Origin: Squalus acanthias | Lineage: Eukaryota | Reading direction: 5' to 3' | DNA: 64,000 nt | NCBI GenBank assembly: GCA_030390025.1 | Contig: CM059432.1 | Span: forward strand, 113,028,001 to 113,092,000 | Part shown: positions 42,661-57,752 of the stretch, piece by piece | Position numbering within the stretch: the stretch's first letter is position 1 | How the letters are laid out: each line of letters starts with the position of its first letter | Translations under genes and position numbers: made by a program | The notes under the pieces: generated by a model | The model's input: the letters and a program-made list of their open reading frames with translations, nothing else | What the model was told of the DNA's origin: nothing | The model's database searches: none

Positions 42661-45600
42661 AATCACTGTACACCCGGTCTAGGAATCACTGTACCACCCG
42701 GTCAAGGAATCATTGTACACCAGTTCTAGGAATCACTGCACACCCGGTCTCGGAATTACTGTACACCCGGTCTAGGAATTAGTGTGCACCCCTTCCAGGA
42801 ATCACTGTACACCAGGTCTAGGAATCACTGTACACCCGGTCTAGGAAATATTGTACACCCATTCAAGGAATCACTGTACATCCAGTCTAGGAATCACTAT
42901 ACACCCGGTCTAGGAATCCCTGTACACCCGATCTCGGAATTACAGAATCCCCGGTATAGGAATCATTGTACACCTGGTTAAGATATCACTGTATACCTGG
43001 TCTAGGTATCACTGTACATCCGGTCTAGGAATCACTGTACACTGGGTCTAGGAATCACTGAACTCCCACTCTAGGAATCATTGTCCACCCAGTCTAGAAA
43101 TCACTGTACACCCGGTCTAGGTATCACTGTGCACCCGGTCTAGGAATCACTGTACTCCCGGTCAAGTAATTACTGTATACCCGGTCTAGTAATCACTGTA
43201 CACCCGGTCTAGGAATCACATTGCACATGGTCTAGGAGTCACTGTACACCCGGTCTAGGAATCACTGTACAGCCGGTCTAGCAATCAATGTACACCAGTT
43301 CTAGGAATCACTGTACACCCAGTCTAGGAATCATTGTACACCCGGTCTCGGAATTACAGAATCCCTGGTCTAGGAATCACTGTGCACCCAGTCTAGGAAT
43401 CATTGTACACCCGGTTAAGATATCACTGTATACCTGGTCTAGGTATCACTGTACATCCGGTCTAGGAATCACTGTATACTGGGTCTAGGAATCGCTGTAC
43501 ACCCACTCTAGGAATTACGGTACACCCGGTCTTGGAATCACTCTACACCCGATCTAGGAATTACTGTACCCCCTGTCTAGGATTCACTGTCTACCCAGTC
43601 TAGAAATCACTGTACACCCGGTCTAGGTATCACTGTACACCCGGTCTAGGAATCACTGTACACCCGGTCAAGTAATTACTGCATACCCGGTCTAGTAATC
43701 ACTGTACACCCGGTCTTGGAATCACATTACACATGGTCGAGGAGTCACTGTACACCCGGTCTAGGAATGACTGTACTCCTGGTCTAAGAATCACTGTACA
43801 CCCGGTCTAGCAATCAATGTACACCAGTTCTAGGAATCACTGTACACCCGGTCTAGGAATCACTGTGCACCCAGTCTATGAATCACTATACACCTGCTCT
43901 AGGAATCACTGGACACCCGGTCTAGGAATTACAGAATCCCCGGTCTAGGAATCACTGTGCACCCAGTCTCGGAATCATTGTACACCCGGTTACGGTATCA
44001 CTGTACACCTGGTCTAGGTATCACTGTACACCCGGTCTAGGAATCACTGTACACTGGGTTTAGGAATCACTGTAAACCCGGTCTAGGAATCACTATAACA
44101 CAGGGTCTTGGAATCACTGCACACCAGTTTAAAGAATCATTGTACACCCGTTCTAGGAATCGCTGTACACGCACTCTAGGAATTACAGTACACCCGTTCT
44201 TGGAATCACTGTACACCCGATCTAGGAATCACTGTACACCCGATCTAGGAATTACTGTTCACCCGGTTTAGCTATCACTGTACACCCGGTCTAGGTATCA
44301 CTGTACACCCGGTCTAGGGATCACTGTACACCCGGTCTAGGAATCACTGTACACCCGGTCTAGGTATCACTGTACACCCGGCCTAGGAATCACTGTACAC
44401 CCGGTCAAGTAATTGCTGTACACCCGGACTAGTAATCACTGTACACCCGGTCTAGGAATAACATTAAACATGGTCTAGGAGTCACTGTACACCCGGTCTA
44501 GGAATTACTGTACTCCTGGTCTTAGAATCACTGTACACCCGGTCTAGGAATCACTGTACACCCGATCTCGGAATTACAGAATCTCCGGTCTAGGAATCAC
44601 TGTGCACCCAGTCTAGGAATCATTGTACACCCGGTTAAGATATCACTGTATACCTGGTCTAGGTATCACTGTACATCCGGTCTAGGAATCACTGTACACT
44701 GGGTCGAGGAATCACTGAACTCCCACTCTGTGAATTACTGTACACCCGGTCTTGGAATCACTGTACACCCGATCTAGGAATTACTGTACCCCCTGTCTAG
44801 GAATCACTGTCCACCCAGTCTAGAAATCACTGTACACCCGGTCTAGGAATCACTGTACACCCGGTCAAGTAATTACTGTATACCCAGTCTAGGAATCGCT
44901 GTACACCCACTCTAGGAATTACTGTACACCCGTTCTTGGAATCACTGTACACCCGATCTAGGAATCACTGTACACCCGATCTAGAAATTAATGTACCCAC
45001 TGTCTAGGAATCACTGTCCATCCAGTCTAGGTATCACTGTACACCCGGTCTAGGGATCACTGTACAGCCGGTCTAGGAATCACTGTCCACCCGGTCAAGT
45101 AATTAGTGTACACCCGGACTAGTAATCACTGTACACCCGGTCTAGGTATCACTGTACACCTGGTCTAGGAATCACTGTACACCAGGTCTAGGGATTACTG
45201 TAATCCTGGTCTAAGAATCACTGTACACCCAGTCTATGAATCACTATACACCAGGTATAGGAATCACTGTACATCCAGTCTGGGAATTACTGTATACCCG
45301 GTCTAGGAATCACTGTACACCCGGACTAGGACTTACAGAACCCCCGATCTAGGAATCACTGTACACCCGGTCTAGGAATCACTGTACACCCGGTCTAGGA
45401 ATCAATGTACACCCGGTCTGGGAATTACTGAATACCCGGTCTAGGAATCACTGTACACCCGGACTAGGACTTACAGAACCCCCGATCTAGGAATCACTGT
45501 ACACCCGGTCTAGGAATCACTGTACACCCGGTCTAGGAATCACTGTACACCCAGTCTAGGAGTCACTGTACATCCTGTCTAGGGATTACTGTACACCCGG

Positions 45601-48600
45601 TCTAGGAATTAGTGTACACCCGGTCTAGGAATCACTGTACACCCGGTTTAGGAATTATTGTACACCCGTTCAAGGAATCACTGTACACCCATTCTAGGAA
45701 TCACTGTACACCCGATCTAGGAATTACAGAATCCCTGTTCTAGGAATCACTGTGCACCCAGTCTAGGAATCATTGTACACCCGGTTAAGTTGTCACTGTA
45801 CACCTGGTCTAGGTATCACTGTACACCCGGTCTAGGAATCACTGTACACTGGGTTTAGGAATCACTGTAAACCTGGTCTAGGAATCACTGTAACACCGGG
45901 TCTTGGAATCACTGCTCACCAGTTTAAAGAATCATTGTACACCTGTTCTCGGAATCGCTGTACACCCACTCTAGGAATTACTGTACACCCGGTCTTGGAA
46001 TCACTGTACACCCGATCTAGGAATTACTGTACACCCAGTTTAGCTATCACTGTACACCCAGTCTAGGTATCACTGTACACCTGGTCTAGGGATCACTGTA
46101 CACCCGGTCTAGGAATCACTGTCCACCCGGTCAAGTAATTACTGTACACCCGGACTCGTAATCACTGTACACCCGGTCTAGGAATCACATTACACATGGT
46201 CTAGGAGTCACTGTACACCCGGTCTAGGAATTACTGTACTCCTGGTCTAAGAATCACTGTACACCCGGTCTAGGAATCAATGTACACCAGTTCTAGGAAT
46301 CACTGTACACCCGGTGTAGGAATCACTGTACACCCGGTCTATGTATCACTCTACACCAGGTATAGGAATCACTGTACACCCAGTCTGGGAATTACTGTAC
46401 ACCCGGTCTTGGAGTCACTGTACACCCGATCTAGGAATCATTGTACACCCGGTTAAGATATCACTGTATACCTGGTCTAGGTATCACTGTACATCCGGTC
46501 TAGGAATCACTGTACACTGGGTCTAGGAATCACTGAACTCCCACTCTAGGAATTACTGTACACCCGGTCTTGGAATCACTGTACACCCGATCTAGGAATT
46601 ACTGTACCCACTGTCTAGGAATCACTGTCCACCCAGTCTAGAAATCACTGTACACCCGGTCTAGGAATCCCTGTACACCCGATCTCGGAATTACAGAATC
46701 CCCGGTATAGGAATCATTGTACACCTGGTTAAGATATCACTGTATACCTGGTCTAGGTATCACTGTACATCCGGTCTAGGAATCACTGTACACTGGGTCT
46801 AGGAATCACTGAACTCCCACTCTAGGAATCATTGTCCACCCAGTCTAGAAATCACTGTACACCCGGTCTAGGTATCACTGTGCACCCGGTCTAGGAATCA
46901 CTGTACTCCCGGTCAAGTAATTACTGTATACCCGGTCTAGTAATCACTGTACACCCGGTCTAGGAATCACATTGCACATGGTCTAGGAGTCACTGTACAC
47001 CCGGTCTAGGAATCACTGTACAGCCGGTCTAGCAATCAATGTACACCAGTTCTAGGAATCACTGTACACCCAGTCTAGGAATCATTGTACACCCGGTCTC
47101 GGAATTACAGAATCCCTGGTATAGGAATCACTGTGCACCCAGTCTAGGAATCATTGTACACCCGGTTAAGATATCACTGTATACCTGGTCTAGGTATCAC
47201 TGTACATCCGGTCTAGGAATCACTGTATACTGGGTCTAGGAATCGCTGTACACCCACTCTAGGAATTACGGTACACCCGGTCTTGGAATCACTCTACACC
47301 CGATCTAGGAATTACTGTACCCCCTGTCTAGGAATCACTGTCTACCCAGTCTAGAAATCACTGTACACCCGGTCTAGGTATCACTGTACACCCGGTCTAG
47401 GAATCACTGTACACCCGGTCAAGTAATTACTGCATACCCGGTCTAGTAATCACTGTACACCCGGTCTTGGAATCACATTACACATGGTCTCGGAGTCACT
47501 GTACACCCGGTCTAGGAATGACTGTACTCCTGGTCTAAGAATCACTGTACACCCGGTCTAGCAATCAATGTACACCAGTTCTAGGAATCACTGTACACCC
47601 GGTCTAGGAATCACTGTGCACCCAGTCTATGAATCACTATACACCTGCTCTAGGAATCACTGTACACCCGGTCTAGGAATTACAGAATCCCCGGTCTAGG
47701 AATCACTGTGCACCCAGTCTCGGAATCATTGTACACCCGGTTACGGTATCACTGTACACCTGGTCTAGGTATCACTGTACACCCGGTCTAGGAATCACTG
47801 TACACTGGGTTTAGGAATCACTGTAAACCCGGTCTAGGAATCACTATAACACAGGGTCTTGGAATCACTGCACACCAGTTTAAAGAATCATTGTACACCC
47901 GTTCTAGGAATCGCTGTACACGCACTCTAGGAATTACAGTACACCCGTTCTTGGAATCACTGTACACCCGATCTAGTAATCACTGTACACCCGATCTAGG
48001 AATTACTGTTCACCCGGTTTAGCTATCACTGTACACCCGGTCTAGGTATCACTGTACACCCGGTCTAGGGATCACTGTACACCCGGTCTAGGAATCACTG
48101 TACACCCGGTCTAGGTATCACTGTACACCCGGCCTAGGAATCACTGTACACCCGGTCAAGTAATTGCTGTACACCCGGACTAGTAATCACTGTACACCCG
48201 GTCTAGGAATCACATTAAACATGGTCTAGGAGTCACTGTACACCCGGTCTAGGAATTACTGTACTCCTGGTCTTAGAATCACTGTACACCCGGTCTAGGA
48301 ATCACTGTACACCCGATCTCGGAATTACAGAATCTCCGGTCTAGGAATCACTGTGCACCCAGTCTAGGAATCATTGTACACCCGGTTAAGATATCACTGT
48401 ATACCTGGTCTAGGTATCACTGTACATCCGGTCTAGGAATCACTGTACACTGGGTCGAGGAATCACTGAACTCCCACTCTGTGAATTACTGTACACCCGG
48501 TCTTGGAATCACTGTACACCCGATCTAGGAATTACTGTACCCCCTGTCTAGGAATCACTGTCCACCCAGTCTAGAAATCACTGTACACCCGGTCTAGGTA

Positions 48601-51600
48601 TCACTGTACACCCGGTCTAGGAATCACTGTACACCCGGTCAAGTAATTACTGTATACCCAGTCTAGGAATCGCTGTACACCCACTCTAGGAATTACTGTA
48701 CACCCGTTCTTGGAATCACTGTACACCCGATCTAGGAATCACTGTACACCCGATCTAGAAATTAATGTACCCACTGTCTAGGAATCACTGTCCATCCAGT
48801 CTAGGTATCACTGTACACCCGGTCTAGGGATCACTGTACAGCCGGTCTAGGAATCACTGTCCACCCGGTCAAGTAATTAGTGTACACCCGGACTAGTAAT
48901 CACTGTACACCCGGTCTAGGTATCACTGTACACCTGGTCTAGGAATCACTGTACACCAGGTCTAGGGATTACTGTAATCCTGGTCTAAGAATCACTGTAC
49001 ACCCAGTCTATGAATCACTATACACCAGGTATAGGAATCACTGTACATCCAGTCTGGGAATTACTGTATACCCGGTCTAGGAATCACTGTACACCCGGAC
49101 TAGGACTTACAGAACCCCCGATCTAGGAATCACTGTACACCCGGTCTAGGAATCACTGTACACCCGGTCTAGGAATCAATGTACACCCGGTCTGGGAATT
49201 ACTGAATACCCGGTCTAGGAATCACTGTACACCCGGACTAGGACTTACAGAACCCCCGATCTAGGAATCACTGTACACCCGGTCTAGGAATCACTGTACA
49301 CCCGGTCTAGGAATCACTGTACACCCGGTCTAGGAGTCACTGTACATCCTGTCTAGGGATTACTGTACACCCGGTCTAGGAATTAGTGTACACCCGGTCT
49401 AGGAATCACTGTACACCCGGTTTAGGAATTATTGTACACCCGTTCAAGGAATCACTGTACACCCATTCTAGGAATCACTGTACACCCGATCTAGGAATTA
49501 CAGAATCCCTGTTCTAGGAATCACTGTGCACCCAGTCTAGGAATCATTGTACACCCGGTTAAGTTGTCACTGTACACCTGGTCTAGGTATCACTGTACAC
49601 CCGGTCTAGGAATCACTGTACACTGGGTTTAGGAATCACTGTAAACCTGGTCTAGGAATCACTGTAACACCGGGTCTTGGAATCACTGCTCACCAGTTTA
49701 AAGAATCATTGTACACCTGTTCTCGGAATCGCTGTACACCCACTCTAGGAATTACTGTACACCCGGTCTTGGAATTACTGTACACCCGATCTAGGAATTA
49801 CTGTACACCCAGTTTAGCTATCACTGTACACCCAGTCTAGGTATCACTGTACACCTGGTATAGGAATCACTGTACACCCGGTCTAGGAATCACTGTCCAC
49901 CCGGTCAAGTAATTACTGTACACCCGGACTCGTAATCACTGTACACCCGGTCTAGGAATCACATTACACATGGTCTAGGAGTCACTGTACACCCGGTCTA
50001 GGAATTACTGTACTCCTGGTCTAAGAATCACTGTACACCCGGTCTAGGAATCAATGTACACCAGTTCTAGGAATCACTGTACACCCGGTGTAGGAATCAC
50101 TGTACACCCGGTCTATGTATCACTATACACCAGGTATAGGAATCACTGTACACCCAGTCTGGGAATTACTGTACACCCGGTCTTGGAGTCACTGTACACC
50201 CGATCTAGGAATCATTGTACACCCGGTTAAGATATCACTGTATACCTGGTCTAGGTATCACTGTACATCCGGTCTAGGAATCACTGTACACTGGGTCTAG
50301 GAATCACTGAACTCCCACTCTAGGAATTACTGTACACCCGGTCTTGGAATCACTGTACACCCGATCTAGGAATTACTGTACCCACTGTCTAGGAATCACT
50401 GTCCACCCAGTCTAGAAATCACTGTACACCCGGTCTAAGAATTACTGTACTCCTGGTCTAAGAATCACTGTACACCCGGTCTAGGAATCAATGTACACCA
50501 GTTCTAGGAATCACTGTACACCCGGTCTAGGAATCACTGTACACCCGGTCTATGAATCACTATACACCAGGTACAGGAATCACTGTACACCCAGTCTGGG
50601 AATTACTGTACACCCGGTCTTGGAATCACTGTACACCCGGTCTAGAAATCACATTAAACATGGTCTAGGAGTCACTGTACACCCGGTCCATGAATTACTG
50701 TACTCCTGGTCTTAGAATCACTGTACACCCGGTCTAGGAATCACTGTACACCCGATCTCGGAATTACAGAATCTCCGGTCTAGGAATCACTGTGCACCCA
50801 GTCTCGGAATCATTGTACACCAGGTTAAGATATCACTGTATACCTGGCCAAGGTATCACTGTACATCCGGTTTAGGAATCACTGTACACTGGGTCTAGGA
50901 ATCACTGAACTCCCCACTCTAGGAATTACTGTACCCCCTGTCTAGAATCACTGTCCACCCAGTCTAGAAATCACTGTACACCCAGTCTAGGTATCACTGT
51001 ACACCCAGTCTAGGAATCACTGTACACCCGGTCAAGTAATTACTGTATACCCGGTCTAGTAATCACTGTACACCTGGTCTAGGAATCACATTACACATGG
51101 TCTAGGAGTCACTGTACACCCGGTCTAGGAATTACTGTACTCCTGGTCTAAGAATCACTGTACACCCGGTCTAGCAATCAATGTACACCAGTTCTAGGAA
51201 TCACTGTACACCCAGTCTAGGAATCACTGCGCACCCGGTCTAGGAATCACTGTACACCCGATATCGGAATTACAGAATCCCCGGTCTAGGAATCACTGTG
51301 CACCCAGTCTAGGAATCATTGTACACCCGGTTAAGATATCACTGTATACCTGGTCTAGGTATCACTGTACATCCGGTCTAGGAATCACTGTACACTGGGT
51401 CTAGGAATCGCTGTACACCCACTCTAGGAATTACTGTACACCCGGTCTTGGAATCACTGTACACCCGGACTTGGAATCACTGTACACCCGTTCTAGGAAT
51501 TACTGTACACCCATTCTAGAAATCACTGTACACCCGGTCTAGGTATCACTGTACACCCGGTCTAGAAATCACTGTACACCCGGTCTAGGTATCACTGTAC

Positions 51601-54600
51601 ACCTGGTCTAGGAATCACATTACACATGGTCTAGGAGTCACTGTACACCTGGTCTAGGAATTACTGTACTCCTGGTCTAAGAATCACTGTACACCCGGTC
51701 TAGGAATCACTGTGCACCCGGTCTCGGAATCACTGTACACCCGGTCTCGGAGTCACTGTACATCCTGTCTAGGGATTACTGTACACCCGGTCTAGGAATT
51801 AGTGTACACCCGGTCTAGGAATCACTGTACACCCAGTCTATGAATCACTATACACCAGGTATAGGAATCACTGTACATCCAGTCTGGGAATTACTGTATA
51901 CCCGGTCTAGGAATCACTGTACACCCGGACTAGGACTTACAGAACCCCCGATCTAGGAATCACTGTACACCCGGTCTAGGAATCACTGTACACCCGGTCT
52001 AGGAATCACTGTGCACCCGGTCTAGGAGTCACTGTACATCCTGTCTAGGGATTACTGTACACCCGGTCTAGGAATTAGTGTACACCCAGTCTAGGAATCA
52101 CTGTACACACGGTCTAGGAATTATTGTACACCCGTTCAAGGAATCACTGTACACCCATTCTAGGAATTACTGTATACCCGGTCTAGGAATTAATGTACAT
52201 CCTGTCTAGGAATCACTTTACACCTGGAATTGGAATCGCTGCACACGCGTTCTAGGAATCACTGTACACTCGGTCTAGGAATTATTGTACACCAGTTCTA
52301 GGAATCATTGTACACCCAGTCTTGGAATCACTTACACCCGGTCTACGAATTAATGTACACCCAGTCTAGGAATCACTGTACACCTGCTCTAGGTATCACT
52401 GTACACCCAATTGAGGAATCACTATACACCCGGTCTAGGAATCACTGTACACCCGGTCGAGGAATTATTGTACACCCGTTGAAGGAATCACTGTACACCC
52501 ATTCTAGGAATCACTGTACACCCGGTTAAGGTATCACTGTACACCTGGTCTAAGTATCACTATACACCCGGTCTAGGAATCACTGTACACTGGGTTTAGG
52601 AATCACTGTAAACCCGGTCTAGGAATCACTGTAACACCGGGTCTTGGAATCACTGTACACCCGTTTAGGAATTAATGTACACCCGTCTAGGAATCACTGT
52701 ACACCCCCCTCTAGGAACTACTGTACACCCGGTCAAGTAATTACTGTACACCCGGACTAGTAATCACTGTACACCCGGTCTAGGAATCAGATTACACTTG
52801 GTCTAGGAGTCACTGTACACCCGGTCTAGGAATTACTGTACTCCTGGTCTAAGAATCACTGTACACCCAGTCTAGGAATTAATGTAGACCCGGTCTAGGA
52901 ATCACTGTACACCCGGTCTAGGAATTACTGTACACCCGGTCCGGAACTACTGTGCACCCTGTCTAGGAATGACTATACACCCGGTCTAGGAATCACTGTA
53001 CACCACTTCAAGGAATCACTGTACACCGTTCTAGGAATCATTGTAAACCCACTCTAGGAATCACTGTGCTGCCAGTCTTGGAATCACTGTACACCCGGTC
53101 TAGGAATCACTGTACACCCAGTCTAGGAATTACTGTACAGCCGATGTAGGAATCACTGTACACCCAGTCTAGGAATTACTGTACACCCGGTCTCGGTATC
53201 ACTGTACACCCGGTCTAGGAATCAATGTACACCCGGTCAAGGATCACTGTACACCCGGTCTAGGAATGACATTACACACGGTCTAGGAGTCACTGTACAC
53301 CCGGTCTAGGAATAACTGTACTCCTGGTCTAGAAATTACTCTAACCCCGGTCTAGGAATCACAATACACCCGGTCTAGGAATTACTGTACCCTGGGTCTA
53401 GGAATCACTGGACACCCAGTCTAGGAATCACTGAACACCCGGTCTAGGAATCACTGTAACGCCCGGTCTAGGAATCACTGTACACCTGGTCTAGGAATCA
53501 CTGTACACCCGGTCTAGGAATCACTGTACATCCGGTCTAGGAATCACTGTACACCCATTCTAGGAATCACTGTACACCCGGTCTTGGAATAACTGTACTC
53601 CTGGTCTAGAAATTACTCTAACCCCGGTCTAGGAATCACAATACACCCGGTCTAGGAATTACTGTACCCTGGGTCTAGGAATCACTGGACACCCAGTCTA
53701 GGAATCACTGAACACCCGGTCTAGGAATCACTGTACACCAGTTCAAGGAATCACTGTACACCCATTCTAGGAATCACTGTACAACCCCCTCTAGGAATTA
53801 CTATACACCCGGTCTAGGAATCACATTACACATGGTCTAGGAGTCACTGTACACCCGGTCTAGGAATTTATGTACTCCTGGTCTAAGAATCACTGTACAC
53901 CCGGTCTAGGAATCACTGTACACCCAGTCTATGAATCATTCTACACCAGGAATAGGAATCACTGTACACCCAGTCTGGGAATTACTGTATACCTGGTCTA
54001 GGAATTAATGTACATCCGGTCTAGGAATCACTGTACACCCACTCTAGGAATTAATGTACACCCAGTCTTGGAAACGCTGTACACCCGGTCTAGGAATCAC
54101 TGTACACCGGGTCTAGGAATCGCTGTACACCCGGTCTAGGAATCACTGAACACCTGGTCTAGGAATCACTGTAACGCCCGGTCTAGGAATCACTGTACAC
54201 CTGGTCTAGGAATCACTGTACACCCAGTCTAGGAATCACTGTACACCCGGTCTAGGAATCACTGTACACCCATTCTAGGAATCACTGTACAACCCCCTCT
54301 AGGAATTACTGTACACCCGGTCTAGGAATCACATTACACATGGTCTAGGAGTCACTGTACACCCGGTCTAGGAATTACTGTACTCCTGGTCTAAGAATCA
54401 CTGTACACCCGGTCTAGGAATCACTGTACACCCAGTCTATGAATCATTCTACACCAGGAATAGGAATCACTGTACACCCAGTCTGGGAATTACTGTATAC
54501 CTGGTCTAGGAATTAATGTACATCCGGTCTAGGAATCACTGTACACCCACTCTAGGAATTAATGTACACCCAGTCTTGGAAACGCTGTACACCCGGTCTA

Positions 54601-56092
54601 GGAATCACTGTACACCGGGTCTAGGAATCGCTGTACACCCGGTCTAGGAATCACTGAACACCTGGTCTAGGAATCACTGTAACGCCCGGTCTAGGAATCA
54701 CTGTACACCTGGTCTAGGAATCACTGTACACCCAGTCTAGGAATCACTGTACACCCGGTCTAGGAATCACTGTACACCCATTCTAGGAATCACTGTACAA
54801 CCCCCTCTAGGAATTACTGTACACCCGGTCTAGGAATCACATTACACATGGTCTAGGAGTCACTGTACACCCGGTCTAGGAATTACTGTACTCCTGGTCT
54901 AAGAATCACTGTACACCCGGTCTAGGAATCACTGTACACCCAGTCTATGAATCACTCTACACCAGGAATAGGAATCACTGTACACCCAGTCTGGGAATTA
55001 CTGTATACCTGGTATAGGAATTAATGTACATCCGGTCTAGGAATCACTGTACACCCACTCTAGGAATTAATGTATACCCAGTCTTGGAATCACTGTACAC
55101 CCAGTCTAGGAATCACTGTACACCCAGTCTAGGAATCACTGTACCCCCGGTCTAGGAATCACTGTACACCTGGTCTAGGAATTAATGTACACCCGGTCCA
55201 GGAATCACTGTACACCCAGTCTAGGAATCACGGTACCCCCCGTCTAGGAATCACTGTACACCCATTCTAGAAATCACTGTACACCCGGTCTTGGTACCAC
55301 TGTACAACTGGTCTAGGAATCACTGTACACCCAGTCTAGAACTACTGTGCTCCTGGTCTAGGAATGACTATACACCCGGCCTAGGAATCACTGTAACGCC
55401 CAGTCTAGGAATCACTGTACACCAGTTCAAGGAATCACTGTACACCCACTCTAGAAATTAGTGTACACCAGTTCCAGGAATCACTGTACACCCAATCTAG
55501 GAATCACTGTACAACCGATCTAGGAATCAAAGTACACCCGGTCAAGGTATCATTGTACACCCGGTCTAGGGATTACTGTACACCCGGTCTAGGAATCACT
55601 ATACACCCAGTCTAGGAATTCCTGTATACCTGGTCTAGGAATTAATGTAGACCCGGTCTCGGAACCACTGTACACCCGGTCTAGGAATTACTGTACACCC
55701 GGTCCGGAACTACTGTGCACCCTGTCTAGGAATGACTATACACCCGGTCTAGGAATCACTGTACACCAGTTCAAGGAATCACTGTACACCCATTCTAGGA
55801 ATCATTGTAAAACCACTCTAGGAATCACTGTGCACCCAGTCTTGGAATCACTGTACACCCGGTCTAGGAATCGCTGTACACCCAGTCTAGGAATTACTGT
55901 ACACCCGATCTAGGAATCACTGTACACCCAGTCTAGGAATTACTGTACACCCGGTCTAGGTATCACTGTACACCCGGTCTAGGAATCAATGTACACCCGG
56001 TCAAGGATCACTGTACACCCGGTCTAGGAATGACATTACACACGGTCTAGGAGTCACTGTACACCCGGTTTAGGAATAACTGTACTCCTGGT
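42661..56092 (+). repeat. 23-bp satellite, right array, with ~3.75-kb and 508-bp higher-order duplications
   Basis: Same monomer, with its own diagnostic variants (CACATTACACATGG, TTACAGAATCCCC, GGTCAAGTAATT, GGTTAAGATATC). Confidence 0.98.
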
Positions 56093-56613
56093 TGTCGAAG
56101 TTTCGACTTCCGATTCAAGACTCTTGTAAACAATATCGTCAAAGAAGGCTTTTTATTATATTTTACTTGCAAGGAGACTGCAACCATAGCCCAATTAGCT
56201 ATGATGACAGACTGCCGAATCACAGAAAATGGAGTATTCTTATACAGTATAATATCACATGTCATGTTGTTTAAGGTAAGCTAAGTTAACAATTAGAAGA
56301 AACACATTAGAAATGCCTTACAATGAGACTAGCTAATCTCTATAAAATGGAGTCTATCTATTTTACTTCTCTCACCAAGGCCAAGGCGCCTGGTTTGTTT
56401 ACTTTACTAGCCCTTGGTTAACTCAATATTAAGCCTGTTTTCTTTTGTGCAGGCAGACTTTTGCTGACAGCATAGTCTAAGACTTTAAAGTTATTTTCAG
56501 AAAAGTACATAACAATGGATTTTTTCCTTTTTCCACACAAGTCAGAGTCGGCCATTTTATTAGTTTAAATTCAAGGAAACCATTTTGTCCGAGACAAAAA
56601 CTGCACTTCCACA
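56093..56613 (-). mobile_element. Solo LTR (521 bp) of an LTR retrotransposon or endogenous retrovirus
   Basis: Termini TGTCGAAGT...ACTTCCACA (TG..CA, 8/9 inverted repeat). TSD TGGT at 56089-56092 and 56614-56617. On the minus strand TATAA (56240-56244) precedes AATAAA (56152-56157), which lies ~60 nt from the 3' end. Removing the element and one TGGT restores CTCCTGGTCTAGAAATTACTCTAACCCC, which is seen uninterrupted elsewhere in the array. Confidence 0.88.
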
Positions 56614-57752
56614 TGGTCTAGAAATTACTCTAACCCCGGTCGAGGAATCACAATACACCCGGTCTAGGAATTACTGTACCCTGGGTCTAGGAATCACTGG
56701 ACACCCAGTCTAGGAATCACTGAACACCCGGTCTACAACTACTGTACACCGGGTCTAGGAATCACTCTACACCCGGTCTAGGAATCACTGTACACCCGGT
56801 CAATGGAATCACAGTACACCCGGTCTAGGAATCACTGTACACCAGTTCAAGGAATCAGTGTACACCCATTCTAGGAATCACTGTACCCCCGGTCTAGGAA
56901 TCACTGTATACTCGATCTAGGAATAACTGAACACCTGGACTAGGAATCACATTACACATGGTCTAGGAATCAGTGTACACCCGGTCTAGAACTACTGTAC
57001 ACCGGGTCTAGGAATCACTGTGCACCCGGTCCGGAACTACTGTGCACCCTGTCTAGGAATCACTGTACACCAGTTCAAGGAATCATTGTAAACCCGATCT
57101 AGGAATCACTGTACACCCAGTCTAGGAATTACTGTACACCCGATCTAGGAATCACTGTACACCCAGTCTAGGAATTACTGTACACCCGGTCTAGGTATCA
57201 CTGTACACCCGGTCTAGGAATCAATGTACACCCGGTCAAGGATCACTGTACACCCGGTCTAGGAATGACATTACACATGGTCTAGGAGTCACTGTACACC
57301 CGGTCTAGGAATAACTGTACTCCTGGTCTAGAAATTACTCTAACCCCGGTCTAGGAATCACAATACACCCGGTCTAGGAATTACTGTACCCTGGGTCTAG
57401 GAATCACTGTACACCCGGTCTAGGAATCACTGTACGCCAGTTCAAGGAATCACTGTACACCCATTCTAGGAATCACTGTATACCCTCCTCTAGGAATTAC
57501 TGTACCCCCCGGTCTAGGAATCACTGAACACCTGGACTAGGAATCACTGAACACCTGGACTAGGAATCACATTACACATGGTCTAGGAATCACTGTACAC
57601 CCGGGTAAGGAATTTCTGTACGTCCAGTGAAGGAATCACTGTACACCCGGTTTAGGTATCACTGTACACCCGGTCTAGAAATTAATGTACACCTGGTCTA
57701 GGAATCAATGTACACCTGTTCTAGGAATCACTGTACACCCGGTCTAGAAATT
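56614..57752 (+). repeat. 23-bp satellite
   Basis: Monomers resume in phase after the LTR. Confidence 0.97.

Noticed and set aside
41479..42782. Plus-strand ORFs overlapping the CR1 (also 61590..61832, 62133..62716, 63480..63770)
   Set aside because: These are antisense or alternate-frame shadows of retroelement sequence with no recognisable domains.
220..52529. ORFs with repeating YTRSRNHCTPGLGITVHPV peptides, read as a repeat protein or zinc finger
   Set aside because: A 23-bp unit cycles through all three frames every 69 nt and hits TAG. The ORFs appear only where point variants remove that stop, and there are no signs of splicing or coding constraint.
56047..56274. Short ORFs in the 521-bp insert
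   Set aside because: They lie in an AT-rich LTR, one runs into satellite, and neither has recognisable motifs.
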